Assembly: GCA_049688595.1 (NCBI GenBank)
Contig: JBAVLA010000111.1
Span: 1 to 57,490, forward strand
Length of the DNA: 57,490 nt
Reading direction: 5' to 3'
Source of the DNA: Candidatus Nanopelagicales bacterium
GTDB taxonomy: Bacteria; Actinomycetota; Actinomycetes; S36-B12; CAIYMF01
The notes under the pieces are model-generated. The model was not told the DNA's origin. It ran no database searches and saw nothing but the letters and a program-made list of their open reading frames with translations. Made by a program: the position numbers and the translations under genes. Below, in pieces: positions 11,969-21,018 of this stretch. Positions within the stretch are counted from its first letter, which is position 1. Every line of letters begins with the position of its first letter.

Positions 11969-12508
11969 ATGGCTGACACCCGCGCACAGTTGCTCACCCA
12001 GATCCGGGACAAAGCCGTGGTGCATGGTCGCGTCGTCCTGTCCTCGGGCCGCGAAGCCGACTACTACGTGGACCTTCGCCGGGTCACGCTGGACGGCCGG
12101 GCGGCGCCCCTCGTCGGCCAAGTCATGTTGGACTTGACCAAGGACATGAGCTTTGACGCCGTAGGTGGGCTGACCTTGGGCGCTGACCCAGTGGCCACCG
12201 CGATGCTCCACGCTGCCGCAGCCCGCGGCCGGCACCTGGACGCCTTCGTGGTCCGCAAGGCCGAGAAGTCACACGGCCTCCAGCGCCGGATCGAGGGTCC
12301 AGATGTGGCCGGACGTCGGGTACTCGCGGTGGAGGACACGTCAACGACCGGTGGGTCGGTACTGGCGGCCGTCGAGGCACTCCGGGAGGCAGGGGCTCAG
12401 GTCGTCGGGGTCGCTGTCATCGTCGAGCGGGGTGCTGCCGGGGCCGTGGCACAGGCCGGCCTGGATTATCGCGCGGCCTATCAACTCGACGATCTCGGAC
12501 TCGCCTGA
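11969..12508 (+). CDS. pyrE: orotate phosphoribosyltransferase
   Basis: 179 aa. 'VLSSGREADYYVDLR' and the PRPP-binding loop 'VLAVEDTSTTGGS'. Confidence 0.92.
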   Translation: MADTRAQLLTQIRDKAVVHGRVVLSSGREADYYVDLRRVTLDGRAAPLVGQVMLDLTKDMSFDAVGGLTLGADPVATAMLHAAAARGRHLDAFVVRKAEKSHGLQRRIEGPDVAGRRVLAVEDTSTTGGSVLAAVEALREAGAQVVGVAVIVERGAAGAVAQAGLDYRAAYQLDDLGLA

Positions 12509-12569
12509 CCACTCGCGTTCGGCCTGATCCATGCACGGCCAAGAGATCGCGTTCACAAGGGGCAGGACC

Positions 12570-13736
12570 ATGACCCAGCGTCTCGTTCGTCGTATGCGTG
12601 CCCATGAGCGCAGCATCTTCGGCGACATGTCCGCGCTGGCCACCCGGATGGGGGCAGTCAACCTGGGTCAGGGATTCCCGGACACGCAGGGACCGGACCT
12701 GATCCGGGACGCTGCCATCTCGGCGATCCGCGAGGGCCGCGGAGCACAGTACCCACCCGCGCATGGCATTCCGGAGCTCCGTGCCGCGATCTGCGCCCAT
12801 CAACGCGATTGGTACGGCCTGGCCTGGGACCCAACTACCGAGGTCGTCGTGACCACGGGCGCTTCCGAGGCGATCGTGGCCACCGTGCTCGCACTCGTTG
12901 AGCCCGGCGACGAGGTCCTGCTGCTGGAGCCGTGGTTCGACCTCTACGCGGCGGCGATCGACCTCGCCGGGGGCGTGCGAATAAGCGTGCCGCCAAGAGC
13001 GGGGACCTTCCGCCCGGACCCGGAAGCACTGCGCGCGGCAATCACTCCGCGCAGCCGGCTTCTGATCGTCAACTCCCCCCACAATCCCACCGGCGCAGTG
13101 CTCAACGCCGGCGAGCTGGCCTCGATCGCCGAGGTCGTGATCGAAGCAGACCTGATCGTCCTGGCCGACGAGGCCTACGAGCACCTGTGGTTCGACCAGG
13201 ACGTCCACGTCCCGACGGCGACCCTGCCAGGGATGGCCGAGCGGGTCGTCACGATCGGATCGGCCGGCAAGAGCTTCTCGTTCACGGGGTGGAAGGTGGG
13301 CTGGGCCACCGGGCCAGCCGACCTCATCGGCGCAGTCCGCGTGGTGCGTCAGCACCTCAGCTATGTCTCCGGCGGCCCGTTCCAGTACGCCGTTGCGGAG
13401 GGGCTGACCAGCCTGCCCCGTGCTCATTGGGACACGTTCCGGACTGACCTTTCCGCGAAGCGGGATCGACTGTCCGAGGGACTGTCCAATCTGGGACTGT
13501 CCGTCCTACCTAGTCAGGGGACGTACTTCCTACTCACCGACACCAGACCGCTGGGCTACCCAAGCGGGGAGCAGTTCTGCTATGACCTACCCGTCAGAGC
13601 CGGCGTGGTTGCCATCCCGGTGGCCGCGTTGTGCGATCACAAGTCCATCGGACAGTCGTGGGTCAGGTGGGCGTTCTGCAAGCGGCCTGAGGTCCTGGAC
13701 GAGGCGCTGCGACGCCTCCGGGCCGGCCTCGGCTGA
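12570..13736 (+). CDS. class I/II PLP-dependent aminotransferase (YbdL/DapC-like)
   Basis: 'NLGQGFPD', 'NSPHNPTG' and 'GSAGKSFSFTGWKVGW' with the PLP lysine. The start is taken at the ATG at 12570, inside the track ORF that begins at 12531. Confidence 0.85.
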   Translation: MTQRLVRRMRAHERSIFGDMSALATRMGAVNLGQGFPDTQGPDLIRDAAISAIREGRGAQYPPAHGIPELRAAICAHQRDWYGLAWDPTTEVVVTTGASEAIVATVLALVEPGDEVLLLEPWFDLYAAAIDLAGGVRISVPPRAGTFRPDPEALRAAITPRSRLLIVNSPHNPTGAVLNAGELASIAEVVIEADLIVLADEAYEHLWFDQDVHVPTATLPGMAERVVTIGSAGKSFSFTGWKVGWATGPADLIGAVRVVRQHLSYVSGGPFQYAVAEGLTSLPRAHWDTFRTDLSAKRDRLSEGLSNLGLSVLPSQGTYFLLTDTRPLGYPSGEQFCYDLPVRAGVVAIPVAALCDHKSIGQSWVRWAFCKRPEVLDEALRRLRAGLG

Positions 13737-13774
13737 GGCGCCAACCGCCGCACCCCGCGCAGCTCGCGCAGTCC

Positions 13775-14419
13775 TCAACCCGGAGAGGTCCCTGCGGCTT
13801 GCCCCACAACCGGTGCCAGCCCTGCGGATCGGGCGACTGCGCCGGCGTCACCACACCTCACCAGCCAGTTCGCAAGCATCAGGTGACCGCCCTCGGTCAG
13901 CACGGACTCCGGATGGAACTGGACGCCCTCGACGTCGAACGACCGGTGGCGAAGGGCCATGACCACCCCACTGCTTGTCCAGCCGGTCACCTCCAAGGTC
14001 TCCGGCATGGATGCCGGCTCCACCGCCAATGAGTGGTACCTCGTCGCCCGGAATGGGTTCGGCAGCCCACGCAGCACCCCCACACCCCGGTGGTGGACCA
14101 TGGAGGTCTTGCCATGCAGGAGTTCGGGAGCCCGCGAGACGACACCGCCGAAGACCGCGCCTATCGCCTGGTGTCCCAGGCACACCCCAAGCACTGGTAC
14201 GCGACCTGAGCACGCGGTCACGATGTCCATGCACACCCCTGCGTCATGGGGATCGCCTGGTCCAGGCGACAGCAGGACACCGTCATAGGACAGCGCCTCA
14301 TCCACAGTCACGGCATCGTTGCGCCGCACATCGACGACGGCGCCGAGTTGGGCCAGGTACTGGGCGAGGTTGAAGACGAATGAGTCGTAGTTGTCCACGA
14401 TGAGGATGCCAGCCGCCAC
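13775..14419 (-). CDS. anthranilate/aminodeoxychorismate synthase component II (glutamine amidotransferase)
   Basis: 'ILIVDNYDSFVFNLAQYL', 'GVCLGHQAIG' with the catalytic Cys, and 'GVQFHPES'. A GTG start at 14419 is likely. The position matches the trpG slot of the actinobacterial ori region. Confidence 0.9.
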   Translation of the reverse strand: MAAGILIVDNYDSFVFNLAQYLAQLGAVVDVRRNDAVTVDEALSYDGVLLSPGPGDPHDAGVCMDIVTACSGRVPVLGVCLGHQAIGAVFGGVVSRAPELLHGKTSMVHHRGVGVLRGLPNPFRATRYHSLAVEPASMPETLEVTGWTSSGVVMALRHRSFDVEGVQFHPESVLTEGGHLMLANWLVRCGDAGAVARSAGLAPVVGQAAGTSPG

Positions 14420-14448
14420 GCCGCTATTGTCCCCGGTACCGTTGGCCC

Positions 14449-15237
14449 GTGCGCACCACATCGGAGGACCAGTCGCACCCGGTCGGCACCCGGGGTCTGG
14501 GCCGTCCCCGGTGGCGGCGACGCATCACCGCACCCGACGTCGTCGCGGGCATGCTGTTCGCTCTCGCGGGCGCCATGTTCGTGGCCAGCGGAAGGGCGTC
14601 CGAGGCCGGTGACCTGAGGGTCGACTCCACAGGAGGGCTGCAGGGGGCGATCACGACCCGCTCCAGCCAGAACGCGCAGCTTCAGGCCGAGATCGATCGC
14701 CTCAGCACAGTGGTAGCGGCGCTGCAGGACCAGGCCAGCTCTGGACCAGCGCTGCAGCGGACGCAGGACCAGATCGCCGAGATCTCCCCGGCCGTCGGGC
14801 TCACAGAGGTCATCGGACCAGGAGTGACCGTGACCCTGAACGATGCAAAGGCGCCCGACCCGCTGCCCGAGGACCGGACCGGCGACGACTACATCGTTCA
14901 CCAGCAGGACGTTCAGGGCGTCGTCAACGCCCTGTGGCGTGGCGGGGCGTCCGGGGTCACTGTCATGGGACAGCGGCTTCTGAACACGAGCGCGGTGCGT
15001 TGTGTGGGCAACACGGTGATCCTTCAGGGGCGCGTGTACTCGCCGCCCTTCGTGATCGCCGGCGTTGGCGATGTCGCCTCGCTCGAGGCAGCACTCGAAG
15101 CGGACGAGTCTGTTCGGGAATACCAGGACTGGGCTGAGTACCTCGGCCTGGGGTACATCCAGACGTCCTCCCCGCAGATGGTCCTGCCCGCGTACACCGG
15201 TCCCTTGGCGCTGACGTACGCCGAAGTGGTCCCCTGA
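14449..15237 (+). CDS. DUF881 domain-containing protein
   Basis: N-terminal TM segment, a coiled segment, and then 'VTVTLND...DYIVHQQDVQGVVNALWRGGASGVTVMGQRLLNTSAVRCVGNTVILQG', typical of DUF881. Confidence 0.8.
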   Translation: MRTTSEDQSHPVGTRGLGRPRWRRRITAPDVVAGMLFALAGAMFVASGRASEAGDLRVDSTGGLQGAITTRSSQNAQLQAEIDRLSTVVAALQDQASSGPALQRTQDQIAEISPAVGLTEVIGPGVTVTLNDAKAPDPLPEDRTGDDYIVHQQDVQGVVNALWRGGASGVTVMGQRLLNTSAVRCVGNTVILQGRVYSPPFVIAGVGDVASLEAALEADESVREYQDWAEYLGLGYIQTSSPQMVLPAYTGPLALTYAEVVP

Positions 15238-15320
15238 CCATGGGTCAATTGACCTGTGTCAACCCGATGCCCCCGCCCAGTCCGCCACGTGTTCGGCGTC
15301 CAGCAGGGTTGTGCGGGCGG

Positions 15321-15341
15321 CTATCCACAACGTCATCCACA
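15321..15341. promoter_or_regulatory. tandem DnaA-box-like 9-mers (CTATCCACA, TCATCCACA)
   Basis: gCTATCCACAacgTCATCCACAgtt lies in the convergent intergenic region between DUF881 and crgA. A 20-nt palindrome gaatgacagtgctgtcattc follows at 15351-15370. Confidence 0.35.
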
Positions 15342-15482
15342 GTTGGGGATGAATGACAGTGCTGTCATTCGCCAGCTCGAGCTACGACCGAAACGTGTGC
15401 CCCGCGCGGGAATCCGGAACTGGCGCGGCGGCCGCACGGAACGATTAAGGATGAGATGTACCGATTGGTCCAGCCGAACGGA

Positions 15483-15737
15483 TCATCGCCAACGCGTCGA
15501 CAGGACGAATCCACCCATGATCATGCCGAAGCCGATGAGCATGTTCCAGTTGCCAAGATCAGCCATCAGAGGCAGGGACGGAGCCAAGTAGTACACGACT
15601 ATCCACAGCAGCCCAAGCAGGAACAGGGTGACCATCACTGGCGCGAGCCACCTGGGAGAGGCAGCAGGAGCGACCTTCCTGTTCTCGTCCACGGCACTCG
15701 GCGGCTTGGGCTTGCCTCGGCCCTTGGATTCCGGCAT
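15483..15737 (-). CDS. crgA: cell division protein CrgA
   Basis: 'SPRWLAPVMVTLFLLGLLWIVVYYL...NWNMLIGFGMIMGGFVLSTRWR' is the two-TM CrgA signature. The start is probably the ATG at 15737; the track start is 15779. Confidence 0.88.
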   Translation of the reverse strand: MPESKGRGKPKPPSAVDENRKVAPAASPRWLAPVMVTLFLLGLLWIVVYYLAPSLPLMADLGNWNMLIGFGMIMGGFVLSTRWR

Positions 15738-15800
15738 CGCCCCTCCTGCGGCCCCTCCTGCGAACTCCGTCAGCCCCATCCTACCTGCGGTCCGACCTGC

Positions 15801-16664
15801 TCAGACGCCGGCCAATGCGCGGATCTCCTGCGTGCGCCAGACGACGACGGCGAGCAGGACCAGCACGATGATGATCGAGGATGCGGCCTGCCGGCCAAGC
15901 AGCTCGCGCCCCTGTTGGCCACGGCCGGTTGTCAGCGCCAGCGCCACGACCGCCCCGGTCACCGCACCACCGAGGTGCGCCCGCCAGTCGATACCGGGCA
16001 GGAAACCCAGGGCGACGTTGATGACCAGCAGCCCCACAACCTGGGACACATCCTGATTCAAGCGCCGACCTACGACGATCCACGCAGCCATCAGTCCGAA
16101 TATCGCACCGCTGGCCCCCACGGAGAGGGTCAGGAGCGGGGAGAAGGCGTATGAGGCCACGGATCCACCCAGCCCGGACAGGAGGAAGAGCGTCAGGAAG
16201 CGACCGTGTCCCAGGACTTCCTCCAGAGGAGGACCGATCACGTACAGCACGTACATGTTGAATCCGACATGGAGCAGTCCCGCGTGCAGGAAGATCGACG
16301 AGACCAGGCGGAACCACTGCTCTCCGATCGCGATGGCCACGGGCTGCAAGCCCCATCGCTCCAAGCCGCCCGCCAGACCCAGCAAAGTCACGGTCAGGTA
16401 CAGCCCCGAGCAAATGCCGATGACACCCATGGACACGCGGCTGTCCCTGGTCATGCGCCCGCCGAACACTGTCCGACCCCGACGTGCGGCGACCTGGCCG
16501 GTCGCAACGCACTCAGGGCATTGGTAGCCGACCGAGGCCGTGATCATGCACTCCGGGCAGATCGGCCGCTGGCAGCGCGCGCACCGGACCCAAGTCTCCC
16601 GCCCCGGGTGCCGATAGCACATCGGGGCGGGCGGACCTTGGTGAGCGGGAAGCCCGTAGCTCAC
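15801..16664 (-). CDS. rhomboid family intramembrane serine protease with N-terminal zinc ribbon
   Basis: 'CYRHPGRETWVRCARCQRPICPEC' is followed by the rhomboid core 'WFRLVSSIFLHAGLLHVGFNM' and 'GASGAIFGL' with the catalytic Ser. Confidence 0.88.
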   Translation of the reverse strand: MSYGLPAHQGPPAPMCYRHPGRETWVRCARCQRPICPECMITASVGYQCPECVATGQVAARRGRTVFGGRMTRDSRVSMGVIGICSGLYLTVTLLGLAGGLERWGLQPVAIAIGEQWFRLVSSIFLHAGLLHVGFNMYVLYVIGPPLEEVLGHGRFLTLFLLSGLGGSVASYAFSPLLTLSVGASGAIFGLMAAWIVVGRRLNQDVSQVVGLLVINVALGFLPGIDWRAHLGGAVTGAVVALALTTGRGQQGRELLGRQAASSIIIVLVLLAVVVWRTQEIRALAGV

Positions 16665-17173
16665 TTCTCGATCGTCACCGATGAGATCCTGGCCTCCTCA
16701 ACCGGACGGTCACCCCGCCCGGTGGGGGCCTTCGCGATTGCGTCCACGACGCCACGACTGGCCTGGTCGGCCACCTCGCCGAAGATGGTGTGCCGACGGT
16801 TCAAGTGCGGCGTGCGCGCAACAGTGATGAAGAACTGGCAGCCGTTGGTGCCGGGACCAGCATTCGCCATCGCCAAGAGGTAGGGGCGGTCGAATGAGAG
16901 CTCCGGATGGAACTCGTCACCGAACTGGTATCCCGGACCTCCTCGACCGGTGCCGGTCGGGTCGCCACCCTGGATCATGAACCCGGCGATCACCCGGTGG
17001 AAGACGACATCGGAGTAGAGCGCTCCAGCGCCTGGCCGACCGGTGCGGGGATCCACCCACTTCTTGGTCCCATCGGACAGTCCGACGAAGTTGGCCACTG
17101 TCTTGGGCGCGTGGTTGTCGAACAGGTTGATCCGGATGTCACCGTAGTTGGTGTGCAGGACAGCTGTGGTCAT
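16661..17173 (-). CDS. ppiA: peptidyl-prolyl cis-trans isomerase (cyclophilin type)
   Basis: 170 aa. 'FHRVIAGFMIQGGDP', 'LAMANAGPGTNGCQFFIT' and 'HTIFGEV'. Confidence 0.93.
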   Translation of the reverse strand: MTTAVLHTNYGDIRINLFDNHAPKTVANFVGLSDGTKKWVDPRTGRPGAGALYSDVVFHRVIAGFMIQGGDPTGTGRGGPGYQFGDEFHPELSFDRPYLLAMANAGPGTNGCQFFITVARTPHLNRRHTIFGEVADQASRGVVDAIAKAPTGRGDRPVEEARISSVTIEK

Positions 17174-17183
17174 GCGCTGAATC

Positions 17184-17208
17184 CTGCCACACCGCCAAGC
17201 GGTGGCAG
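17184..17208 (-). terminator. hairpin 3' of tRNA-Ala
   Basis: ctgccacaccgc-caa-gcggtggcag forms an 11-bp stem with one bulge, lying between tRNA-Ala and the ppiA start. Confidence 0.35.
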
Positions 17209-17226
17209 CAACTAGATTCGAGGGAG

Positions 17227-17299
17227 TGGAGACGAGGGGACTTGAACCCCTAACCCCCGCCTTGCAAAGGCGGTGCTCTGCCAGTTGAGCTACGTCCCC
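17227..17299 (-). tRNA. tRNA-Ala (anticodon TGC)
   Basis: The reverse complement reads GGGGACGTAGCTCAACTGGCAGAGCACCGCCTTTGCAAGGCGGGGGTTAGGGGTTCAAGTCCCCTCGTCTCCA. The G3:U70 identity pair is present. Confidence 0.92.
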
Positions 17300-17306
17300 G
17301 TACGGG

Positions 17307-17435
17307 TCAGGGCACGTCCGGGGAGGACGTCGCCTCGTTCCAGAGGTCGCGTTCTTCCTGGGCCTGCGTGGCCCGGTTGTACACCACGTACCCCGCGGCT
17401 GCGATTGCGGTCAGAACGAGCAACTTCTTGAACAC
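17307..17435 (-). CDS. DLW-39 family small membrane protein (42 aa)
   Basis: A GTG at 17435 is preceded by GGAGG. It encodes 'VFKKLLVLTAIAAAGYVVYNRATQAQEERDLWNEATSSPDVP', with one TM helix and the DLW motif. The longer track ORF would run into tRNA-Ile. Confidence 0.6.
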   Translation of the reverse strand: MFKKLLVLTAIAAAGYVVYNRATQAQEERDLWNEATSSPDVP

Positions 17436-17474
17436 AGCTACCTCCTGCAGCGTCCCACGCCCGTACGAACCAAG

Positions 17475-17548
17475 TGGGCCTAAGTGGACTTGAACCACTG
17501 ACCTCTTCCTTATCAGGGAAGCGCTCTAACCGTCTGAGCTATAGGCCC
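17475..17548 (-). tRNA. tRNA-Ile (anticodon GAT)
   Basis: The reverse complement reads GGGCCTATAGCTCAGACGGTTAGAGCGCTTCCCTGATAAGGAAGAGGTCAGTGGTTCAAGTCCACTTAGGCCCA. Confidence 0.92.
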
Positions 17549-17612
17549 TCCGGTGCTCGCGACACCAGGAGAAGGGTACCCCAGCGACGCATCTGGACCC
17601 AAACGAAGGCAC

Positions 17613-18359
17613 TCAGTAGTCCTCCGAGAGGGTCACCTCCAAGCCCCCACCGATGCCCACGGCCAAGTTGTACAAGAAGGCGAACAGCGTTGCCAGCACC
17701 GTCATCAGGACGGTCTCGATCCCAGCCAGCACCAGCGAGGCGCCCATCACCCTGCTCAGGGACAGGTAGTTGCCGACGCTGGCACCACTGTCCCCACCGA
17801 CGTCGGTGGCAGTTCGGGTGATCGCGTCCAGGACACCCGCTGAGTCAAGGGCGAACCACAGCGAGGCTGCGGCAACCACGATGATCACCGCAAGCGCCAT
17901 CCCGAGGAGGAAGGACTGCTTCATGACCGACCAAGGATCGACATGGGTCAGGAAGACTCGTGCCGATCGCGCACCGCCGACCGGCTCCACGGCAGAGCGG
18001 GCCACGTCGGCTGCAGAGGGCCTGACTCGCCCGTCGTTCACGTCGGCTGTGACCGATGGGGCGGACGTCGTCGTGGCGGGCTTCATGCTCGCCGAATCCC
18101 CAGACACCCCGTCCGCAGGGTGCGGCGCCGACTCCGCCGCCAGCGTCGAGTGGACGGGCTCGATCAGGACGCTGGGACGCGGCCGCGTGGGGGTCGGGGC
18201 AACCATCCGGGCAGCAGGACCTGGTCGCCCGACCTTCCGGTCGGGGCCCGGCTGGCCCTGCGGGTGCTCGTCACCCATGTCGGAACTCCCGTCGGTCGGC
18301 AACCGCCCCCCGGAATGCGCTTCCTCGGATGGTATAACGACGCTCGCGATGGCACCCAT
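17613..18359 (-). CDS. DUF3566 domain-containing membrane protein
   Basis: The C-terminal 'HVDPWSVMKQSFLLGMALAVIIVVAA...LFAFLYNLAVGIGGGLEVTLSE' matches the conserved protein that follows gyrA in actinobacteria. The start is uncertain: the ATG at 18359 avoids overlap with gyrA, while 18401-18413 are alternatives. Confidence 0.75.
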   Translation of the reverse strand: MGAIASVVIPSEEAHSGGRLPTDGSSDMGDEHPQGQPGPDRKVGRPGPAARMVAPTPTRPRPSVLIEPVHSTLAAESAPHPADGVSGDSASMKPATTTSAPSVTADVNDGRVRPSAADVARSAVEPVGGARSARVFLTHVDPWSVMKQSFLLGMALAVIIVVAAASLWFALDSAGVLDAITRTATDVGGDSGASVGNYLSLSRVMGASLVLAGIETVLMTVLATLFAFLYNLAVGIGGGLEVTLSEDY

Positions 18360-18384
18360 CCGCTGTGCGTCGGGCTGCCGGGCG

Positions 18385-21018
18385 TCATTCCTGCTGTGCA
18401 TCATCAGCCGCATCCTCCCGCGTGATGCCAGGGACCGGTTCCCACTGTCCCACGTGCATGTCCTCGTCCGACGCATCCTCGCCAGCGCCACCCGGCCCTG
18501 CCTCGCCCAGTGCCGGCACCGACGCCGATCGGCTCCTTCCGGCGCGGTCATCCTCTTCCTCGGCCAGGTCGGCCGCCCGGGCCACTCCGACCACGCAGTC
18601 CGGATCCTGCAGGTCCATGAGCGAGACGCCCATCGTGGCCCGACCCGTGGCCCGCACCTGATCCACCCCGGTACGGATGACCACGCCGTTGCTGGCGATG
18701 GCGAACAGCTCGTCGGACTCCTCGCAGATCAGCGCCCCGACGAGCGACCCGCGCGCTTCGACCAGCTTCATGGCTGTCACGCCGTAGGTGTTCCGACCCT
18801 GGGTGCGCCACTCCGAGACCGGAGTGCGCTTTGCGAACCCACCGTCAGTCACCGTCACGAGGTACGAGTCCGGCCGGACCACCTCCATTGACAGCAGGCT
18901 GTCCCCAGGCCTGAGTCGAATGCCCTGGACCCCGGAGGTGGCCCGACCCATTGGCCGCAGCGTCGCGTCGTCGGCACGGAACCGCACTGAGGCTCCCTTT
19001 GCCGAGACCAGCATCAGCTCATCGGCCGCGCTGACGAGCTGGGCCGAGATCAGCTCGTCCCCGTCGCGCAGGTTGATCGCAGCCAATCCGTTCGAACGGA
19101 TTGCATCGAACTCGCGCAGCCGGCTCTTCTTGACCATGCCACCCCGCGTGGCCAGTACCAGGTACTCCGCCGTCGCGAAGCCGCGCAGGTCCAGGACCTG
19201 GGCGATCACCTCGTCTGGCTGGAACGCCAACAGGTTGGCCACGTGCTGCCCCCGCGCGTCGCGACCCGCGTCGGGCAGCTCGTGCCCCTTCGCCCGGTAG
19301 ACCCGGCCCTTGTTGGTGAAGAACAGGATCCAGTGGTGCGTGGTCGTGACGAAGAAGTGGCTGACGACGTCATCCCCGCGCAGCGCGGCGCCGCGCACGC
19401 CTCGACCTCCGCGGCGCTGGGCCCGGTAGAGCGCGGTGTCCGTGGCCTTCGCGTAGCCACCGCGCGTGAGGGTGACGACGATGTCCCGCTCAGCGATGAG
19501 GTCCTCGTCGGTGACCTCGCCCTCGTCGGCGACTATCACGGTGCGTCGCTCGTCGCCGTACTTCGTCACGATCTCGGCGAGCTCTTCGCCCACTATCAGC
19601 CGTTGCCGCGCTTCACTGGACAGGATCGCCCGATACTCGGTGATGTCTCGCATCAGTGCGTCGTAGCGGCTCTGCAACTCCGCGCGCTCGAGCGCCGCGA
19701 GCCTGCGAAGCTGCATGTCCAGGATCGCCTGTGCCTGGACCGCGTCGATGTCGAGCAGCCTCTGCAGCCCGATCTGGGCCTGCGCGGCTGACGGGGACGA
19801 CCGGATGAGCGCGATAACCGCGTCGATCTGGTCAATGGCCTTGAGCAGCCCGCGCAGTATGTGTGCCCGTTCCTCGGCAACCCGCAGGCGGTAGGTCGTG
19901 CGCCGACGGATGACGGTGACCTGGTGGGTGATCCAGTGTCGGACGAAGGCGTCCAATGGAAGTGTCCGTGGGACACCATCGACCAGGGCCACCATGTTCG
20001 CCCCGAACGTCTCGCGCAGCTGGGTGTGCTTGTACAGCTGGTTGAGGACGACCTTCGGCACGGCGTCCCGGGACAGCACGATCTCCAGACGCAGCGTGTT
20101 CCCGCTGGACTGGTCGATGATGTCGGCGATCCCCGACATCTTCCCCTGCTTGTGGAGCTCGACGATCTTCGCGAGCAGATTGTCTGGATTCACCTGGTAT
20201 GGCAGCTCCGTGACAACCAGCATCGCGCGGCCCCGGGCGTCCTCGGCCACCTCCACCACGGCGCGCATGGTGATCAATCCCCGCCCGGTGCGGTAGGCGT
20301 CCTCGATTCCGCGCCGGCCCACGATCTGGGCAGCGGTCGGGAAGTCGGGGCCCGGGATGCGCTCCATCAGGGCGGCGAGCAGCTCATCGCGGGAGGCCTC
20401 AGGGTGCTCCAGCGCCCACTTCACACCTGAGGCCACCTCGCGGAGGTTGTGCGGCGGGATGTTGGTGGCCATCCCGACCGCGATCCCCGCCGACCCGTTC
20501 ACCAGCAGGTTCGGGAACCGGGATGGCAGCACCGTCGGCTCCTGGGTGCGACCGTCGTAGTTGGGGACGAAGTCGACGGTCTCCTCATCGATGTCCCTGG
20601 TCATCTCCATGGCCAGTTGGGCCAGCCGGCACTCGGTGTACCGGGAGGCTGCCGCGCCGTCGTTGCCCGGCGACCCGAAGTTGCCCTGACCCTGGACCAA
20701 GGGGTACCTCAGGACCCAGGCCTGGGTCAGCCGGACCAGGGTGTCGTAGATCGCGAGGTCACCGTGCGGGTGGTAGTTGCCCATCACGTCGCCGACGACG
20801 CGGGCCGACTTCGAGAAGTTGCGGTCCGGCCGGTACCCGCCGTCGTACATCGCGTACAGCACCCGCCTGTGCACCGGCTTCAGCCCGTCGCGCACGTCGG
20901 GAAGGGCCCGGGACACGATGACGCTCATCGCGTAGTCCAGGTATGACCGCTGCATCTCGACCTGCAGGTCGATCGGCTCGATGCGGCCGTGGGCTCCAGG
21001 CCCGGTGATATCAGTCAT
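18385..21018 (-). CDS. gyrA: DNA gyrase subunit A
   Basis: 877 aa. '[29 protein letters not shown]', an 'AAMRYTE-like [10 protein letters not shown]' segment and C-terminal beta-pinwheel repeats. Confidence 0.97.
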   Translation of the reverse strand: MTDITGPGAHGRIEPIDLQVEMQRSYLDYAMSVIVSRALPDVRDGLKPVHRRVLYAMYDGGYRPDRNFSKSARVVGDVMGNYHPHGDLAIYDTLVRLTQAWVLRYPLVQGQGNFGSPGNDGAAASRYTECRLAQLAMEMTRDIDEETVDFVPNYDGRTQEPTVLPSRFPNLLVNGSAGIAVGMATNIPPHNLREVASGVKWALEHPEASRDELLAALMERIPGPDFPTAAQIVGRRGIEDAYRTGRGLITMRAVVEVAEDARGRAMLVVTELPYQVNPDNLLAKIVELHKQGKMSGIADIIDQSSGNTLRLEIVLSRDAVPKVVLNQLYKHTQLRETFGANMVALVDGVPRTLPLDAFVRHWITHQVTVIRRRTTYRLRVAEERAHILRGLLKAIDQIDAVIALIRSSPSAAQAQIGLQRLLDIDAVQAQAILDMQLRRLAALERAELQSRYDALMRDITEYRAILSSEARQRLIVGEELAEIVTKYGDERRTVIVADEGEVTDEDLIAERDIVVTLTRGGYAKATDTALYRAQRRGGRGVRGAALRGDDVVSHFFVTTTHHWILFFTNKGRVYRAKGHELPDAGRDARGQHVANLLAFQPDEVIAQVLDLRGFATAEYLVLATRGGMVKKSRLREFDAIRSNGLAAINLRDGDELISAQLVSAADELMLVSAKGASVRFRADDATLRPMGRATSGVQGIRLRPGDSLLSMEVVRPDSYLVTVTDGGFAKRTPVSEWRTQGRNTYGVTAMKLVEARGSLVGALICEESDELFAIASNGVVIRTGVDQVRATGRATMGVSLMDLQDPDCVVGVARAADLAEEEDDRAGRSRSASVPALGEAGPGGAGEDASDEDMHVGQWEPVPGITREDAADDAQQE

